Source: a virus
Strand: one strand, 5' to 3'
IMG/VR virus record: IMGVR_UViG_3300020442_000008
Coordinates: 64,599 to 128,598 of that record
DNA length: 64,000 bases
The notes under the pieces: generated by a model
The model's input: only the letters and a program-made list of their open reading frames with translations
Database searches by the model: none
Told to the model about the DNA's origin: nothing
Program-made: the position numbers and the translations under genes
Shown here: one piece after another, positions 14,872 to 27,700 of the stretch
How the letters are laid out: each line of letters opens with the position of its first letter
Position numbering within the stretch: position 1 is the first letter of the stretch

Positions 14872-15729
14872 TTATAATATATCTTTTATTTCTGAGTATT
14901 TTTTGGAAAAATCCTCTCCCCATGGGTAGCCGAGCTCCTTGTGGAGCATTTGTGTCCGAATTTCCCGGAATTTTTGACTAGTTGCGGTTGGGTTGATGCC
15001 AGCAGAATCATGTTCGAGACTTCGGCGGTCGCCCTCGATACTATCTTGAGGTCTATAAGCGTATACTGGTATGCCATTTTTACTTGCCCTTAAACAAAAA
15101 GCTATATCATCTCCAATTAATCTTATATCATCCGTTATATCTTCGGCAAACAGATATTTTAATGAAGATCTATTAAAAGCCATACCTCCGCAAAGGTAGT
15201 CTACCTTCTTGAGCATTGGTTTATCTGGATTCCTATGGTTTTTTAAGCTATAATAGGTTCCAAACATATCTGTAATCCCCTTAAAGACTAAAGATGTTTC
15301 TTCGTCAAAATCAGGTTGTCGGTTTATATTATACTTATAGGTTTCACTTCTGTCTAAAATCCAGCCATAATTTTGCACCAAACAGTTTTCGTGATGTAAA
15401 ATGCTCACCATTGCCCTACAATAGTCTGGCATAGGGAATCTATCGTCATCCAATGTTATTATTTTTTCAGTTGGAGCAGATAAAGCGACTTGATATCTTC
15501 CAATGTGCTTAAAATTTAAATCAGAATAAGCTGTATAAACATTATTCATATTTTTTGTTCTATCTAACCATACTTTCATAAAGTTAGATTTTTCATCTGG
15601 AAGCCCAAGAAAACAGCCGATTATATACTTCGGCGGCAAACTCTGACTAAAAACCCGATCTAATTGCCTATTTAAAAGCTCTTCTGTTTTATTATAATAA
15701 TTAAGTATAAGAGTATAATCTGTATCCAT
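14872..15729 (-). CDS. GT-A fold glycosyltransferase
   Basis: ITLDDDRFP (DxD), VDYLCGG, GDDIAF. Confidence 0.7.
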   Translation of the reverse strand: MDTDYTLILNYYNKTEELLNRQLDRVFSQSLPPKYIIGCFLGLPDEKSNFMKVWLDRTKNMNNVYTAYSDLNFKHIGRYQVALSAPTEKIITLDDDRFPMPDYCRAMVSILHHENCLVQNYGWILDRSETYKYNINRQPDFDEETSLVFKGITDMFGTYYSLKNHRNPDKPMLKKVDYLCGGMAFNRSSLKYLFAEDITDDIRLIGDDIAFCLRASKNGIPVYAYRPQDSIEGDRRSLEHDSAGINPTATSQKFREIRTQMLHKELGYPWGEDFSKKYSEIKDIL

Positions 15730-15744
15730 GGATAATAATACACA

Positions 15745-16500
15745 TTACTTTTGTACAAAACCAAATATACCTAGACCATCTCTTTCTACAGGATCATAGA
15801 ACCAACTTTCGTGGCTATCTTTTAATATTTCATTTAATTTATTGAATAATGTGGATTGTGTTGGCGCATCTGGGCTGTAATCCTCGAATCCGTGCCATTC
15901 TCCCATGATAGCCTTTGTTTTCTTGAGTATATCTAGGTCTTGGCAGTCATCTCTAAGGAAACCGTTTTCTCCGCCCTCACAGTCTAACTTCAATAAATCT
16001 ATACTCTCTATATTATATTCTTCCATTAATGATCTTAAAGTATAATGCTTAACATCAAAATCTTCATGTAATTTATATACTTGTTCTTCTGCTTGTTCAA
16101 CACTTTCTTTAGTAGGTATTAATTCATTAGTAAGAAAACCTCCACCAGTAGCTTCTTTAACACTTCTATAGAAATATACTTTATCAGGATAATAATTAAG
16201 AACACCTCTAATAAGAGTATTGTTATTATTTTCTAAATTTAATTTGCACATTTGATAATTGTCTACGTCAGGCTCGACAGTATACGTTCTGCAATCGGGA
16301 AATAGGGAATGACAACGCTTGGAAAAGCTACCTATGTGTCCTCCAATATCAACTACAACTTTCGGCGCACAGTTGATAAACTGATTGATGGGGTAATTCT
16401 CCTCACTAAACACTTCTCCCAAAACATTCTTATCTTCTTGTTGAAAATGCTCTCTAATTTTAAATGGAATATTGTTGAATAAAATATCTTTTGTTTGCAT
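15745..16500 (-). CDS. FkbM-family SAM-dependent methyltransferase
   Basis: VVDIGGHIGSF, VEP, IDLLKLDCEGGE. Confidence 0.85.
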   Translation of the reverse strand: MQTKDILFNNIPFKIREHFQQEDKNVLGEVFSEENYPINQFINCAPKVVVDIGGHIGSFSKRCHSLFPDCRTYTVEPDVDNYQMCKLNLENNNNTLIRGVLNYYPDKVYFYRSVKEATGGGFLTNELIPTKESVEQAEEQVYKLHEDFDVKHYTLRSLMEEYNIESIDLLKLDCEGGENGFLRDDCQDLDILKKTKAIMGEWHGFEDYSPDAPTQSTLFNKLNEILKDSHESWFYDPVERDGLGIFGFVQK

Positions 16501-16679
16501 ATAGTATTATATTGTTTGATTCAGAAAAGATACATAATATCTTTTATATTTTGTTTTTAATGCCAATCAGGCGATTTCGGCGAGAGCCGAAGATAAATTT
16601 TATAGATTTAATCATAATTAATAATATTATTTGGAATCGCCTCGGAAGTCTTGGCATATAGTTTCAAATGCTAAATGAT

Positions 16680-18206
16680 TTATCCAATTTTTTGATGAAC
16701 AATAATGGTTTCCGGATAATTAGATTCTAGGAAATAAAGCGGGAGTTTCGCATCTTTTGCTTGAGATAGGTTTGAAATCAATTTTATATCCTTGAGTTGA
16801 TTGGGTTCTTCGTCTGGATAAAATATAGGGAATCCTACAGCGCTTTGAGCAAAGGAGTGAATTGCCACATCAAAGCTTAAAAACTCTTGGTTCCCAGATC
16901 TGACGGATTCAGAAATTAATCTAATCGCCCCATCAAGAAGATATTTCAGCTTGGTTCCGGTTTTATATACCGCAACACCGTTTAAATGTCCAGACCACGG
17001 CTGTATAGAGCCTAGCGGAGAAAGACAGCCTTTTGGTCTAGAGCCTGCAATGGTAAAATCATTATCGCAATATTCAATAAAAGGATCTAACCATTTTTCT
17101 TTAATATTCCTGGTGTCGGTTTCTAGCATAAGTATATTTTTATAATCCCCATGCTTTCCTTCGAGAATGTTGAACATTGCTTCAAAGAATAATTTATTAG
17201 GTCCAGAAGAAAAGCCTAAAATAGGAACATAATTATTTTCTTCTTTAAATTTTCTCTGATCCGACCCAGGTAATATATAGATATCCTCTTTTGGATCTAT
17301 TTCCGCAGAGAAGAAACATATAGAATTAATATTTTTATGATATTGAAAGTATTTGCTTTTTTCATCTATTATTTCTTTATTTGTATAAACTATAATATCT
17401 ACTGCATGATTGTCTGAGGCGGTTGATGAAAAATATCTAGAAAACAACTTATATAGCCTTCCATCTTTTATTTCTGCTTCGGTTGTTAATATTAATAATA
17501 ATAATTTGTTTGAGAATGTTTTTTTAAGCCGATCTCCAGGCTTCTCCCAGAATTTGTATTCTGGAGATTTTAGGATCGCCGCCTCCTCTTCTCTGTCGAG
17601 CTTTTCGCTTGATTTAAAGAAAAAGTTCTCAGTCTTTTTTACTGCTTGAAATCTTTTATGGGCAATGGGATGGTTAACTCTTTTATCTTTGCAATTCTCT
17701 ATATACTTCGGTAATGTACAGGGGATTGTATTAGATTCTGGCATGTTATTAATAAGTTTTTGCGCCCCAGATTTATTTATAATATAACAGACGCTTCCTT
17801 CATGGTATATGCTGGCAAGATCTATGTAGTCCGAATCTATTTTGAGTGGAGAATTTAATAAACCAAATAGATCTGTGACCGAATGATAGTTTTCTGCGAT
17901 AATGTAAAACTCCTCTTCTGATTTGTAAAGCTGATTCCATAGAAAAAAATGAGTCAAAAATCTACCATATTCCGCAGGTTTCGCTGAGAAGCTTATATTA
18001 TCCTCTTGTGTTACTGGATTTAACTTTATCGAGAAGGAGCCTGAGTGGTCATAGTCTGAAAAAGTACAGAACTGCTCGAAAATCTCAAATTTTGATTTAA
18101 AAACTGGATCGACAAGTAGCGTGTTTCTTATCTCTGATATCCCTTCTTCACGGGATTCAATGTCTGAATGATTGATATAAATTATTTTAAATTTGTTAGT
18201 TTCCAT
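16680..18206 (-). CDS. two-domain glycosyltransferase-like protein (N-terminal GT25-like)
   Basis: IYIN...EYGRFLTHFFLW...YIIAE...YIINKSGAQKLI; second domain with MLETD and HLNGVAVY. Confidence 0.6.
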   Translation of the reverse strand: METNKFKIIYINHSDIESREEGISEIRNTLLVDPVFKSKFEIFEQFCTFSDYDHSGSFSIKLNPVTQEDNISFSAKPAEYGRFLTHFFLWNQLYKSEEEFYIIAENYHSVTDLFGLLNSPLKIDSDYIDLASIYHEGSVCYIINKSGAQKLINNMPESNTIPCTLPKYIENCKDKRVNHPIAHKRFQAVKKTENFFFKSSEKLDREEEAAILKSPEYKFWEKPGDRLKKTFSNKLLLLILTTEAEIKDGRLYKLFSRYFSSTASDNHAVDIIVYTNKEIIDEKSKYFQYHKNINSICFFSAEIDPKEDIYILPGSDQRKFKEENNYVPILGFSSGPNKLFFEAMFNILEGKHGDYKNILMLETDTRNIKEKWLDPFIEYCDNDFTIAGSRPKGCLSPLGSIQPWSGHLNGVAVYKTGTKLKYLLDGAIRLISESVRSGNQEFLSFDVAIHSFAQSAVGFPIFYPDEEPNQLKDIKLISNLSQAKDAKLPLYFLESNYPETIIVHQKIG

Positions 18207-18300
18207 TTATTAATGTTTAAGGTTATATATTCTACACGTTGTTGCGTTTTTTGCAAGTAAAAAATATTATATAAGTGTAATTTTATTAAAGGTTTAAGGA

Positions 18301-18792
18301 ATGTACGATTTAGATAATTTAGCTACAGATAAAAAGCAGGGCTATATCAGGGCTTTGTCTCATTCAGATATCAATATGTTAATGACTGATTTGATCGATG
18401 AAGATAAATTTTTTGCTCAGTCGAATAAGTACATTTCTCACCTTGATATGATCGCTAAAACAGTGATGCATTCTGAGGTTGGTTACAGTATAATTGATCC
18501 TGATGGAAATTTTTGTTCCGCTTTCGGGGTGATTCCTCTAGAAAAAGCTGATACAGCACTCATATGGTTGTTGAGTTGTAATAATTACAAGAAAAATTAT
18601 AATAAAATACATGTTGCGAAAAGATTGTTAGATTTATCCAATAAAGTTCTTGATGAAGTGAATAAAAAATACAAATATATACTGTGTCATATAGAGAAAA
18701 ATAATTTCATTGCTGCTCGAAGAACTAAGCTTATGGGGTTCAAGAAATCAAAGGAGTTGGATTTTGTAGACGAGTACATAAGGGAAGTGTAG
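18301..18792 (+). CDS. GNAT-fold protein resembling T7 gp13-type internal virion proteins
   Basis: AFGV...ALIWLL...N..A.R..KLMGF pattern. Confidence 0.5.
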   Translation: MYDLDNLATDKKQGYIRALSHSDINMLMTDLIDEDKFFAQSNKYISHLDMIAKTVMHSEVGYSIIDPDGNFCSAFGVIPLEKADTALIWLLSCNNYKKNYNKIHVAKRLLDLSNKVLDEVNKKYKYILCHIEKNNFIAARRTKLMGFKKSKELDFVDEYIREV

Positions 18793-18793
18793 C

Positions 18794-21700
18794 ATGGGAG
18801 GTAGTGGTTATCAAATTCACGGCTTACCCGGCGGTTATGCTCCCGCAATTTCCGAAAAAGGGGTTGATATATATGGTGGACCTAGAGGTTCTTTAGCGGG
18901 CACTCTGCCGTCTTGGATTGCATGGTGGACCACTGGCTTCAGGTATCAGCCTGGGCATATTGTATATATGCCTGGCGTGTATGAGAGAGATTATAATGTG
19001 GCTGGGCAAGTTATAAACCAAGGATCTTTTTCTCCTGGACAGGCATACGACGATGGCAGAGGAAACCTGTCTTATAAAAGAGACGAGCTTGCTTGGGATC
19101 AAGATATCCAGGTACAAAGCCTTCAAGAAGGAGGAGATCTTACAGGAGGAAGCATGTCTAGGGGCGCCGGTTCAATCAAGTCTGAAGGGGCTAAGCAGTA
19201 CTTTGAATATGGATCTCATACATTATGGGTTAAATTATTTGGAGGTCAGGATAATGCGGCGACAAACGACTCTTCATTAACAAAGGATGCAGATTTTTTT
19301 GATGTAAACAAGCGGCGAAAAAACGGGTGGTATTGTTTTTACGAGCTAATGAGGGAAACAGATCCTATTGTTGGAGGAAACCTTGAAATCGCTTTTCCTG
19401 GAAATTATGATATACAAAGTAATCAGTGGGACAGTAATAAAAAAAGATATACAGTTAAAGTAAATAACCAAGAAACTTTAAAGGTTGTCTATGGTTCCTG
19501 GGGTGAAGATCTTTTTAGACAAATTCCTTGCGAACCAAATAGCGCTACAGAAATCGCAGTTTTTCACGATGAGACCATATTGAACATGTGTGATACTTTT
19601 GCTCTTCTAGCTTCAACTCTTGCAGCTAGCAAGCATTTAGTAAATTTTGTTGTATGTAAAAGTGTTCTTAGGTCACCTGGATCTTTAGGAGAAGATGAAT
19701 CTGCAAGCCCTGTTGAGGTTGCAATTCTTCCGACCGATAAAATTACTATCGGAGGAAATGTTCTCAGAAGCCCTCAAAAGGTTGCCATTAGGGATACGGT
19801 TGATAATAGTTTTGATAAGGATAGTAGTTTTTTTGAAAACGACAGCGGTTCAGATGAAGAAATAACGATGCTCTCTGCAGGTTACCCTGGAATTATGAAT
19901 CCTGAGGCATTATTTCATGCCGCTCGAAACGCAGACGATTTTGATGCAAAAATAAGCGATATTGCCAAGGGTAATGTTGTAGGAAGTGACGTTATTGTGG
20001 GCGAGCAAATTCTAGCAGATTCTGAGCAATTATATTTAGATAAAATAAAATTTGGTAAAATGCCTGCTTACGATCCTAGATTTGGTGAAGCTGCAACTTC
20101 GTTAAATAGTTTTATAAGTTCTGTTTATAATTTTTCCCTACCCATGTCAACTAGTGCGAGCATTGATTTCTGGGAAGCAAATATATTATACAAAGTTGGC
20201 AAGGTTGTAAGGCTGTCTCCCAACGCAACCGAATATAATGCGGCAGAGGCGGAGAAAAACTTTAAAGATGTTGTCTGGGTTTGTAAAAAAGAGCATACAT
20301 CTGGCGTTTTTGCTGGAGAAAAGTGTCCGCCTTTGGGAAGTGGTGGTTCTCGCTCTGTTCCCGAGGTTTTTGAAAACACCTATTGGAGAAGTTATGGAGT
20401 CTTGGCGAATCAACCAAATTCATCGCTTCTTCAGTTGAATGATTTATATAGAGATTCTGAAATATTTGTCCCCACAATTAATGTAACAAAAAGTGCTTCT
20501 GAAAATCTAAACCTTGGAGAAGCTGATTTTTCGCGAAGCTTACTGGGTTCTTCTAGGAGAATTAGAATGTCTGAAATGTCTGGAGGTTGCAGATTGTATG
20601 CGAGTTTAACCATTTCACCTGCCAAAAAATTTGACGTAAAATATTATCGAAAAAGAAATTCATGGGGAAGAAGAAGAACCGTATCTTTTAGATTTCCACC
20701 TCAGAGGTCCGATGCAGCTCAAGCAGACTTATGGTTGTATGCCAATAACTTCAGGAAGGATCATGCAGGATCTATAAATTTTGCAGTTACATTTGTTGAG
20801 CATACTGGTTTTGTTTGGGCTCAGGCAAAAAGGAGAAGAGGTTCATTTTTTGGAGTTTTACTGGGAGTGGCTTTTGCGGTTGTTGGAATCCTTAATCCCG
20901 CTTTATTTCTTACTGCAGGTATGCAATGCGCTGCGTGGGGTTTTGGTGGCGGGCTTGCTTTAGGGGCTTTGGGTGGAGCGGTGGGATTAGGTATTGGTAC
21001 TGCTCTAGGGGCAAGCGCTGAAGCGGTTTACGCAAACCTGGGAAAAGGGGTTGGTAGAAAAAAAGCTTTTACTAGGCAATCTTTTTCTAAAATCGTGAGT
21101 AAGGTTGCTGCTGATGCACCATCTTTGGACTATGTTCTTCAACGTGGTCAAAGCCCAGACAATGGAGTTGTTATAGGAAAAAATAGTAGTGATGTTGCGC
21201 AAGATATGTATGATAGCAGTAGTGATACTAAAAACGAAAATGATATAATTAGATTTAATTTTGGTAATCTTTATCCATATCTATATGAAAGCAAGCATAA
21301 TAATACAATTCATGTTACTGGAGAATATCAGTTTATGATCCAAGATTTGAATTCAGCGCAAACAATAAAGGTTGATTTTAAGTATGAAGAAATTAGCCGC
21401 AGAAGATCTAGGAATTTTAATGATTCCTTTGGTCAAACCTTTTCAGGTTACCCGCGAGGAACACCAGAAAGCCCGCATGCTAGTGCAAGCTCAACCCTTT
21501 ACAATGCATACGTAAGCGCAGCAAATGATATTATTAGCGGAAGCACAAGTTCTGGACAAAATCTTAAGTTAATTGCAACAAGAAATTATTTTAATTATCT
21601 ATTAATTGGCCAAGAAAATGTAAGAGACGCTAATGATCCCCTAAAAGCTTTAACGATGTGGTCTGTCGATTTGAGTAATGCTCAATTTAATGCTTTGATA

Positions 21701-24700
21701 GGTATGATGCAAACGGGTTTTAGGGATTTGGTGTTTTCTGGGGATGGCAGTTTCGCTGATCAGGATGGACTTAGTGATTATCATGAGTTTTATACAGAAA
21801 ACCCTCCTATTGCCGCTGCGGAGAATGAAGCTGCACCAGGTTACCAACTAGAAATAGAAAACAACAGTATCAAGGCTGTGATCAAGGATCCAGGTTTAGA
21901 AACAGAGCGTAGGGTGGGAGTATTAACCAGTGTATCACAGACCCAAAGTTTGGATCGCGAAGAAGCAGAGGTGCTTGCGAAAGGTCTCGTTCCTGGGGAA
22001 TTTAAATTAGGAAAAGAATTAAGTGAATCGACCCCTCAATATATAAATTTTTTAAACACTCCGTCTATTACTGATTCTATAAAGTGGGGGGATATTCAAA
22101 GCGGTATAAAGATTAATGGTGGTAGTGTTATTGAGCATGACTCTAAATTCTACTTCGTAAATTCTACTTTTATTAAGGGCAGTCAAAACTTGACTGATGT
22201 CGCAACTCTGGTTCCAGGCTCCTCGTCTAGTATATATACTGCAGACTCTTTCTCCCCAAGTTTGACACTCACTAAACAGTGGCAAAAAATGATTGAGTCC
22301 GAGTTTTACTTAGAGAGAGCAATAGATCGAAGCCCGACCTATTCTGTCGTGGGTAGAAAACTAGATTTTTCATTTATTGTTAAAGAAAGCGCGGATTCTT
22401 CATTGATTAATTTATTCTTGTTTGGTTTTTCTGATTTTGTGCCGAGGTTCTCTATGAGTAATTTTAGAACTTATTTTGTAGATTCTGTGGCGACGATTAG
22501 TATACAAAGGCCAATCAAAGATATCAGCGGCCAGTTGCTTGGAGAGGGTACGGCCAGTTGGTCTCAAGCAGATACAAAAGATACTCAAGACCACGTATTT
22601 AGATTAAAAGAAGATATTCCTGACAAGGAAAATCCTAATATAGGAACCATTCCTGGCTTTAAGGATGAAACTTCTTGGGAATATATTGGAATGCCTCCTG
22701 ATTTATCGAATAATGCTTTTGATTGGTCGTTACCAGTATTAAATGAAATCAGTGAGTTTTCCGCAGGAGACGACCTGCTGACTGGATCCAGAACGCGTTC
22801 CATAGGCTTTTTAACTTCTAATTCAGAAAGGTTTAGGCTTGTTTCTAGCGATACAATAGAAGACGTTTTGGCCAGATCTGATGCGAATTCTATTAATTTT
22901 CCATGGATCAAAAGAGATTCACAAGAATCAGGCGGAACATATATATCTAAAACGGATCGGAATGGAGACTTGGTGCATCTTTTATGCCCATATAATTCAA
23001 CTAATCAAGATCAATGGGGACCTAGTAATGTATCATCCGTATGGAAAAGCGTAATGAATTCAATAATCGGTGCATCAAATGTATCGCATTTACTAGATGC
23101 ATACCTTACAAATGAATTAGATACTGCTCGCAGTTTTTCGGATGGCGCAGTAGATCTAACTCATATTCAATTTGTTATATCACCTGTAAGTGATATAATT
23201 TCCTCTCTTGAGGTTTGGGATGCAAGTAAGAATTACAATAATGGAGATGTCGTTGCCGTGCATCATACAAATTACCATTACGTAGATAAGTCTACAGGAA
23301 ACATTAACTCACGAAGTAGTCAGTTTGGCAAGCTTTGGATGTTTGCAAAAGCAAGAAAAAATATAGTTGCAAATACAAACATTCCTTTGTTTGATGATAA
23401 TGGAGATCCTGGAGCTGCTTTAGGAAAATCCACTTCAGAGCTTGCGACCATGGTTTTACCAATAGAAACAAAATACTGGGAATGTGCAACAGCGAGAGAG
23501 GGTACTGGTAAGGAGGCAGTGACTAGCGCTATTGGCTCTAAGAAGTTATCTAAATCTTACTACGGAACAGATTTGGATGTTAAAAGTTACGGCATCTCAA
23601 TGGGTTCTCCAGACACTTACCAACAGAAGGACAGGGCGACGAAGACCACAGTCGCATACGTTCCTCAGCAAAGAATGATTTACAACAATAACGTAAACAC
23701 CGACTTTCAAAACGTTAATAATTTAATCTTTACCACAACTATATCTGAAGACGCCAAAATCGTAGGTAGACTTCCTGCGGAATCTATATTATATACAAAC
23801 CAGGGAGGAACTTGGCCTGGTACAGTTGGGGATAAAGCTTCCACTTACTTATCTAGAGTTGATTGGGCGAACTTATATCCCGAGAATCAATTGATAAGCT
23901 TATTTCTTCAAAGAACTGTAAATGCCGGAGCCAAATGGACAACCTGGCTAGACGCGTATGGTGAGTTGGCTTATGGAGAGCAAAATAAAGCCAAAGCATA
24001 CGAGACGGTTACTTTTTCTCAAGGAGATGAATTTAATCAATTTCAAACGATTCCAAATGTAACACTTGGCGTTTCTAAAGACGACGGTACAACATTTTCT
24101 TCGTATGAAGCTTTTAGAAATTTTGACCCAAATTACCCCGTATTTCACAAGGGTTATACCGTACCTATTGGAATCAAAGCTTCAGTTACTAACACGGCAG
24201 GATTGATCGTGAAGCCTTCGTCCACCGATGGCTCAAACCTTTATGGCTACGCCTCTTGTTTGGCTGGTCCTGGTGAAAGCATAGTAGGTGGGCAATACGG
24301 CAAAATTACATATGTTCACGAAGGTTCTGGCAGTGAAAATGTAAAAATTATGGATTCTTCAGGTAGTGTTATAAACAATGTGGAAATATCTGAAAGATTT
24401 CGATCACTAGTGGCTGGAGATAAAAGCGGGGTAATAGGATATGGTCCAGAATGCTTAACTACTGAGTTCAATATTCATAGTATTTCTGGGATTGATATGG
24501 CCAATTTTACTTCAGCTTTGTCGGTTAAATTACCTGAAAAATGCGCAACTCGTGAAATTGCAGATTTATGTACGCAGAAGTGCGTACTGGTACTTGGAAT
24601 AAGAGATGGAAACGATGGAACTACTCTAAATAGAACTAGATTTAAAAATTTTTATACTGGAAGTGGTATAAATTTTGAATTTGATAATTGGTTCGCAAGA

Positions 24701-27700
24701 AGAGATTCTAGTGGAAATTACAAGGATTCATTTGGAGAGTCCTGGCCAGATTCTATGAGGACACATGGCGAAGACGATGAAATCATAAAGGTTGTTTCCA
24801 AGCTGAATACAGTTTCAGAAGCGGTAACTGGACTTATTGATGTTTGTGGGGCAGGGGAAGCGGATTCTCATAAAGATAAAACGATAAAGTTGTCTGATAC
24901 GGAAACTCATTATCATGGATTTGAGCAAGAGTTCTTGCCTTATGATGATATAGGCTTGGCGTATATAACTGAAATATTGAAGGGTGCTGGGCAATTTATC
25001 GGATCGCAAGTCGGCGCAGGTTTTAATGCAAGTGGCACTTATATAGGTGGTTCAGGATTAACCCAGACAACCATGGCTACTGCAGAGTTTATGGCGATAT
25101 CTCAGCCAGCATTTGAGGATGGGTTGATGCACGGAAAACCTCCTGGCTCGGATAAAATTTATTTTTATTCAAATTCAAATTATGATTTTAAACTTGATGT
25201 ATCAATTCCATCTCTTTTGTATAAAAAATATGTTAATAATGATGATCCTTCAGATGTGATTAATAAAAACTATTACGATACATTGTTTGATAGTAATTCT
25301 CCAGGAGGAGGAGATGCAAAAAATGATTTTTATGAAGAATACGTATTCTTGCCTGAATTTAAAATTTATTTAAATAATAATTTACAAAACACCTATAATC
25401 AGTCTAGTTCTGAATTTAGTGAAATAAATGGATATATAGGAAGATTTACTTTAAATAAAGCGAAATTAGGAAATCCTTCTAATAATAGTATTATTAAATT
25501 TACTATTGATGACGGAATAACCTGTCCACATGGGGCTAATTTCAAAGAATTGAGTTTAACCGCCAAAGTTGTTCAGCCTCCGTCTTTTAGTGCAATGGAG
25601 AATAATATCAATGGAAAGTTATATTATTATACAAACGATGATCATCTTTATTCTTTTGGCGTGGCTTTTCCGAATAGTAGCACCTTTGGTGGAAGAGTCG
25701 TTATTAATGACGGCGTCTCAGGGGATCAATTTTTCGAATCATCCAGTGGAGCTCCGAATGTAGATTTCACTGGGCCTGGTGCTGGCTCAACGCAAGTAAC
25801 TATTACTGTAGATGATGGAATACCTTTTGGGTTCGGCAAGGCCAGAACGGGTGCAGCGGGACATAATTTAATTTACCCCTCTAATTTTGATCCTGTTCAG
25901 ATTTTTCCTGTTGCAAAAATTCCTGTTGGTGATATCTTTTTAACTTTGAGTACGACCGGAGATGGTTTTATAGCAAACAAGACAATCGGTACACCTCCAG
26001 ACATAGAAGTTGTGGATATTATGAAGCAATATATTTATAATAAATATGACCACGAATACTCTGGACTCATTGCAAACATTCCCGCCTTTGCGGTTGATGA
26101 TGTCACTGATCGAACGCATTTCGTGTCGAGCTCTTCAATTACAGGTGAAGCAGCGGGGTCTTCTACCCAATTAGCGCTCTATTTTAATCCGTTTTTCTTT
26201 TTTTCCGCGGGTCAGGGCCTAGTTACGTTAAAGGAAGATATGTTTCCAGAGGAGGAAGAGGGAATTCAGAATTTTACAATTCAAGACGGAACATTTTTAA
26301 GTTCACCCAAGTCTTCGGCGGTAGTGCAAATTCCGTATGTTAGAATAAATAGACCTCACGCAACGATTACTGGAATTGATTTTAGTGAAACTTTTAAACT
26401 TTGGAATGATTCACCATTGGTTGCATCTGGAGAATTCGAAATTGAAGGGCTTATTAGTTGCTCTGAATTTGCTAACATAAAGATCACAACTGATAGGGGC
26501 GAATACAATCTTTCTGACGAAGATGGTTTGGAAAATCCTCCTGATGGTGGCTTTACAAATTTTAGGTGGAATTTTACTGATTACAATTTAGATTCTAGTA
26601 TTAATGGCGAGGCGGATCTTATTGATGGATTGTATGTAACAATTTTAGATCGAAACCGAGGGACTAACGAAGGTACAGACACTTGGGAAACATATAATTA
26701 TACCACCTCAGAAACAATCGACTTGTTTCTTGATAGTAATGAATATAAAAGTAATTATGCAAGTGGAGACATCGTTACCACTGATCCGTTAAAGAGAATT
26801 AGGTTTAGCAAGAGCATTAGCGGAATTCCTCTTACCGTTCGAATACAGGACAATGTTTTGAAAGATAATGGAATCATTGAAACCAAGGATATCGAGCTAC
26901 CTGGGCAGATGAGTGTTGCAAATATACCAATTTATAGCAAGCTTAAAAGTTTATTTAAGTATGAAGATCAGAGTGATAGCTTGATTAAAAATAGAATGGG
27001 TGGTCAGTTTAATATAGTTGACAAGGATTGGAATCCTGGATTTGCTTCGCTTGAAGACTTTCAAGTCCGAAGGTATTCTGCTGCAAATAGTGCTTTGCTT
27101 TATTCTTCTTATACTGTATTAAGCTCTCTTCGAATTAATTATCATCATAGTGCAAATGTATCACGGACAAAAAATATTTTTGAAACCGGAAATAGGACAA
27201 GCTATGATGCACACGACGCTAGGATAGCTTATGATTCCGCAAGGCATGGTAATAATGAACCCAACGTATGGGCAGAGAATTCAGGCACCGAAGACTGGAG
27301 TCAATATTGCACCACTGCAATGTCAAATGGAGCGATCGATTTGTGTCCGAATGCTATGGGCGATTTAATTTGGTCAGATGATGCAAAATGGCTAAGGCAT
27401 GAAGATGTCGACCCATCTTCCCCAACGTCGCCAGATGAAAGGGCTTATGACGATTTTGTAATTTGGCACCCTAAAGACCACAAGGGAGAAGATAACTGGG
27501 AAATTGTTGGTAGGTCAGATAAAGATGATAATGATGAATCTTCCATGAGACTTCCTGATTGGGTGGGAGATGACGACGGTCTTGTTTCGTCAGATCAAGA
27601 CTGGTTTTCTACAACAAGACTCATGGGGTGGCGTGTAACTTGCCCTCATTTGAGTTTTATAGGGAATTTGGCAAACTGCGCGCAGGATACAGAAAAGCGT

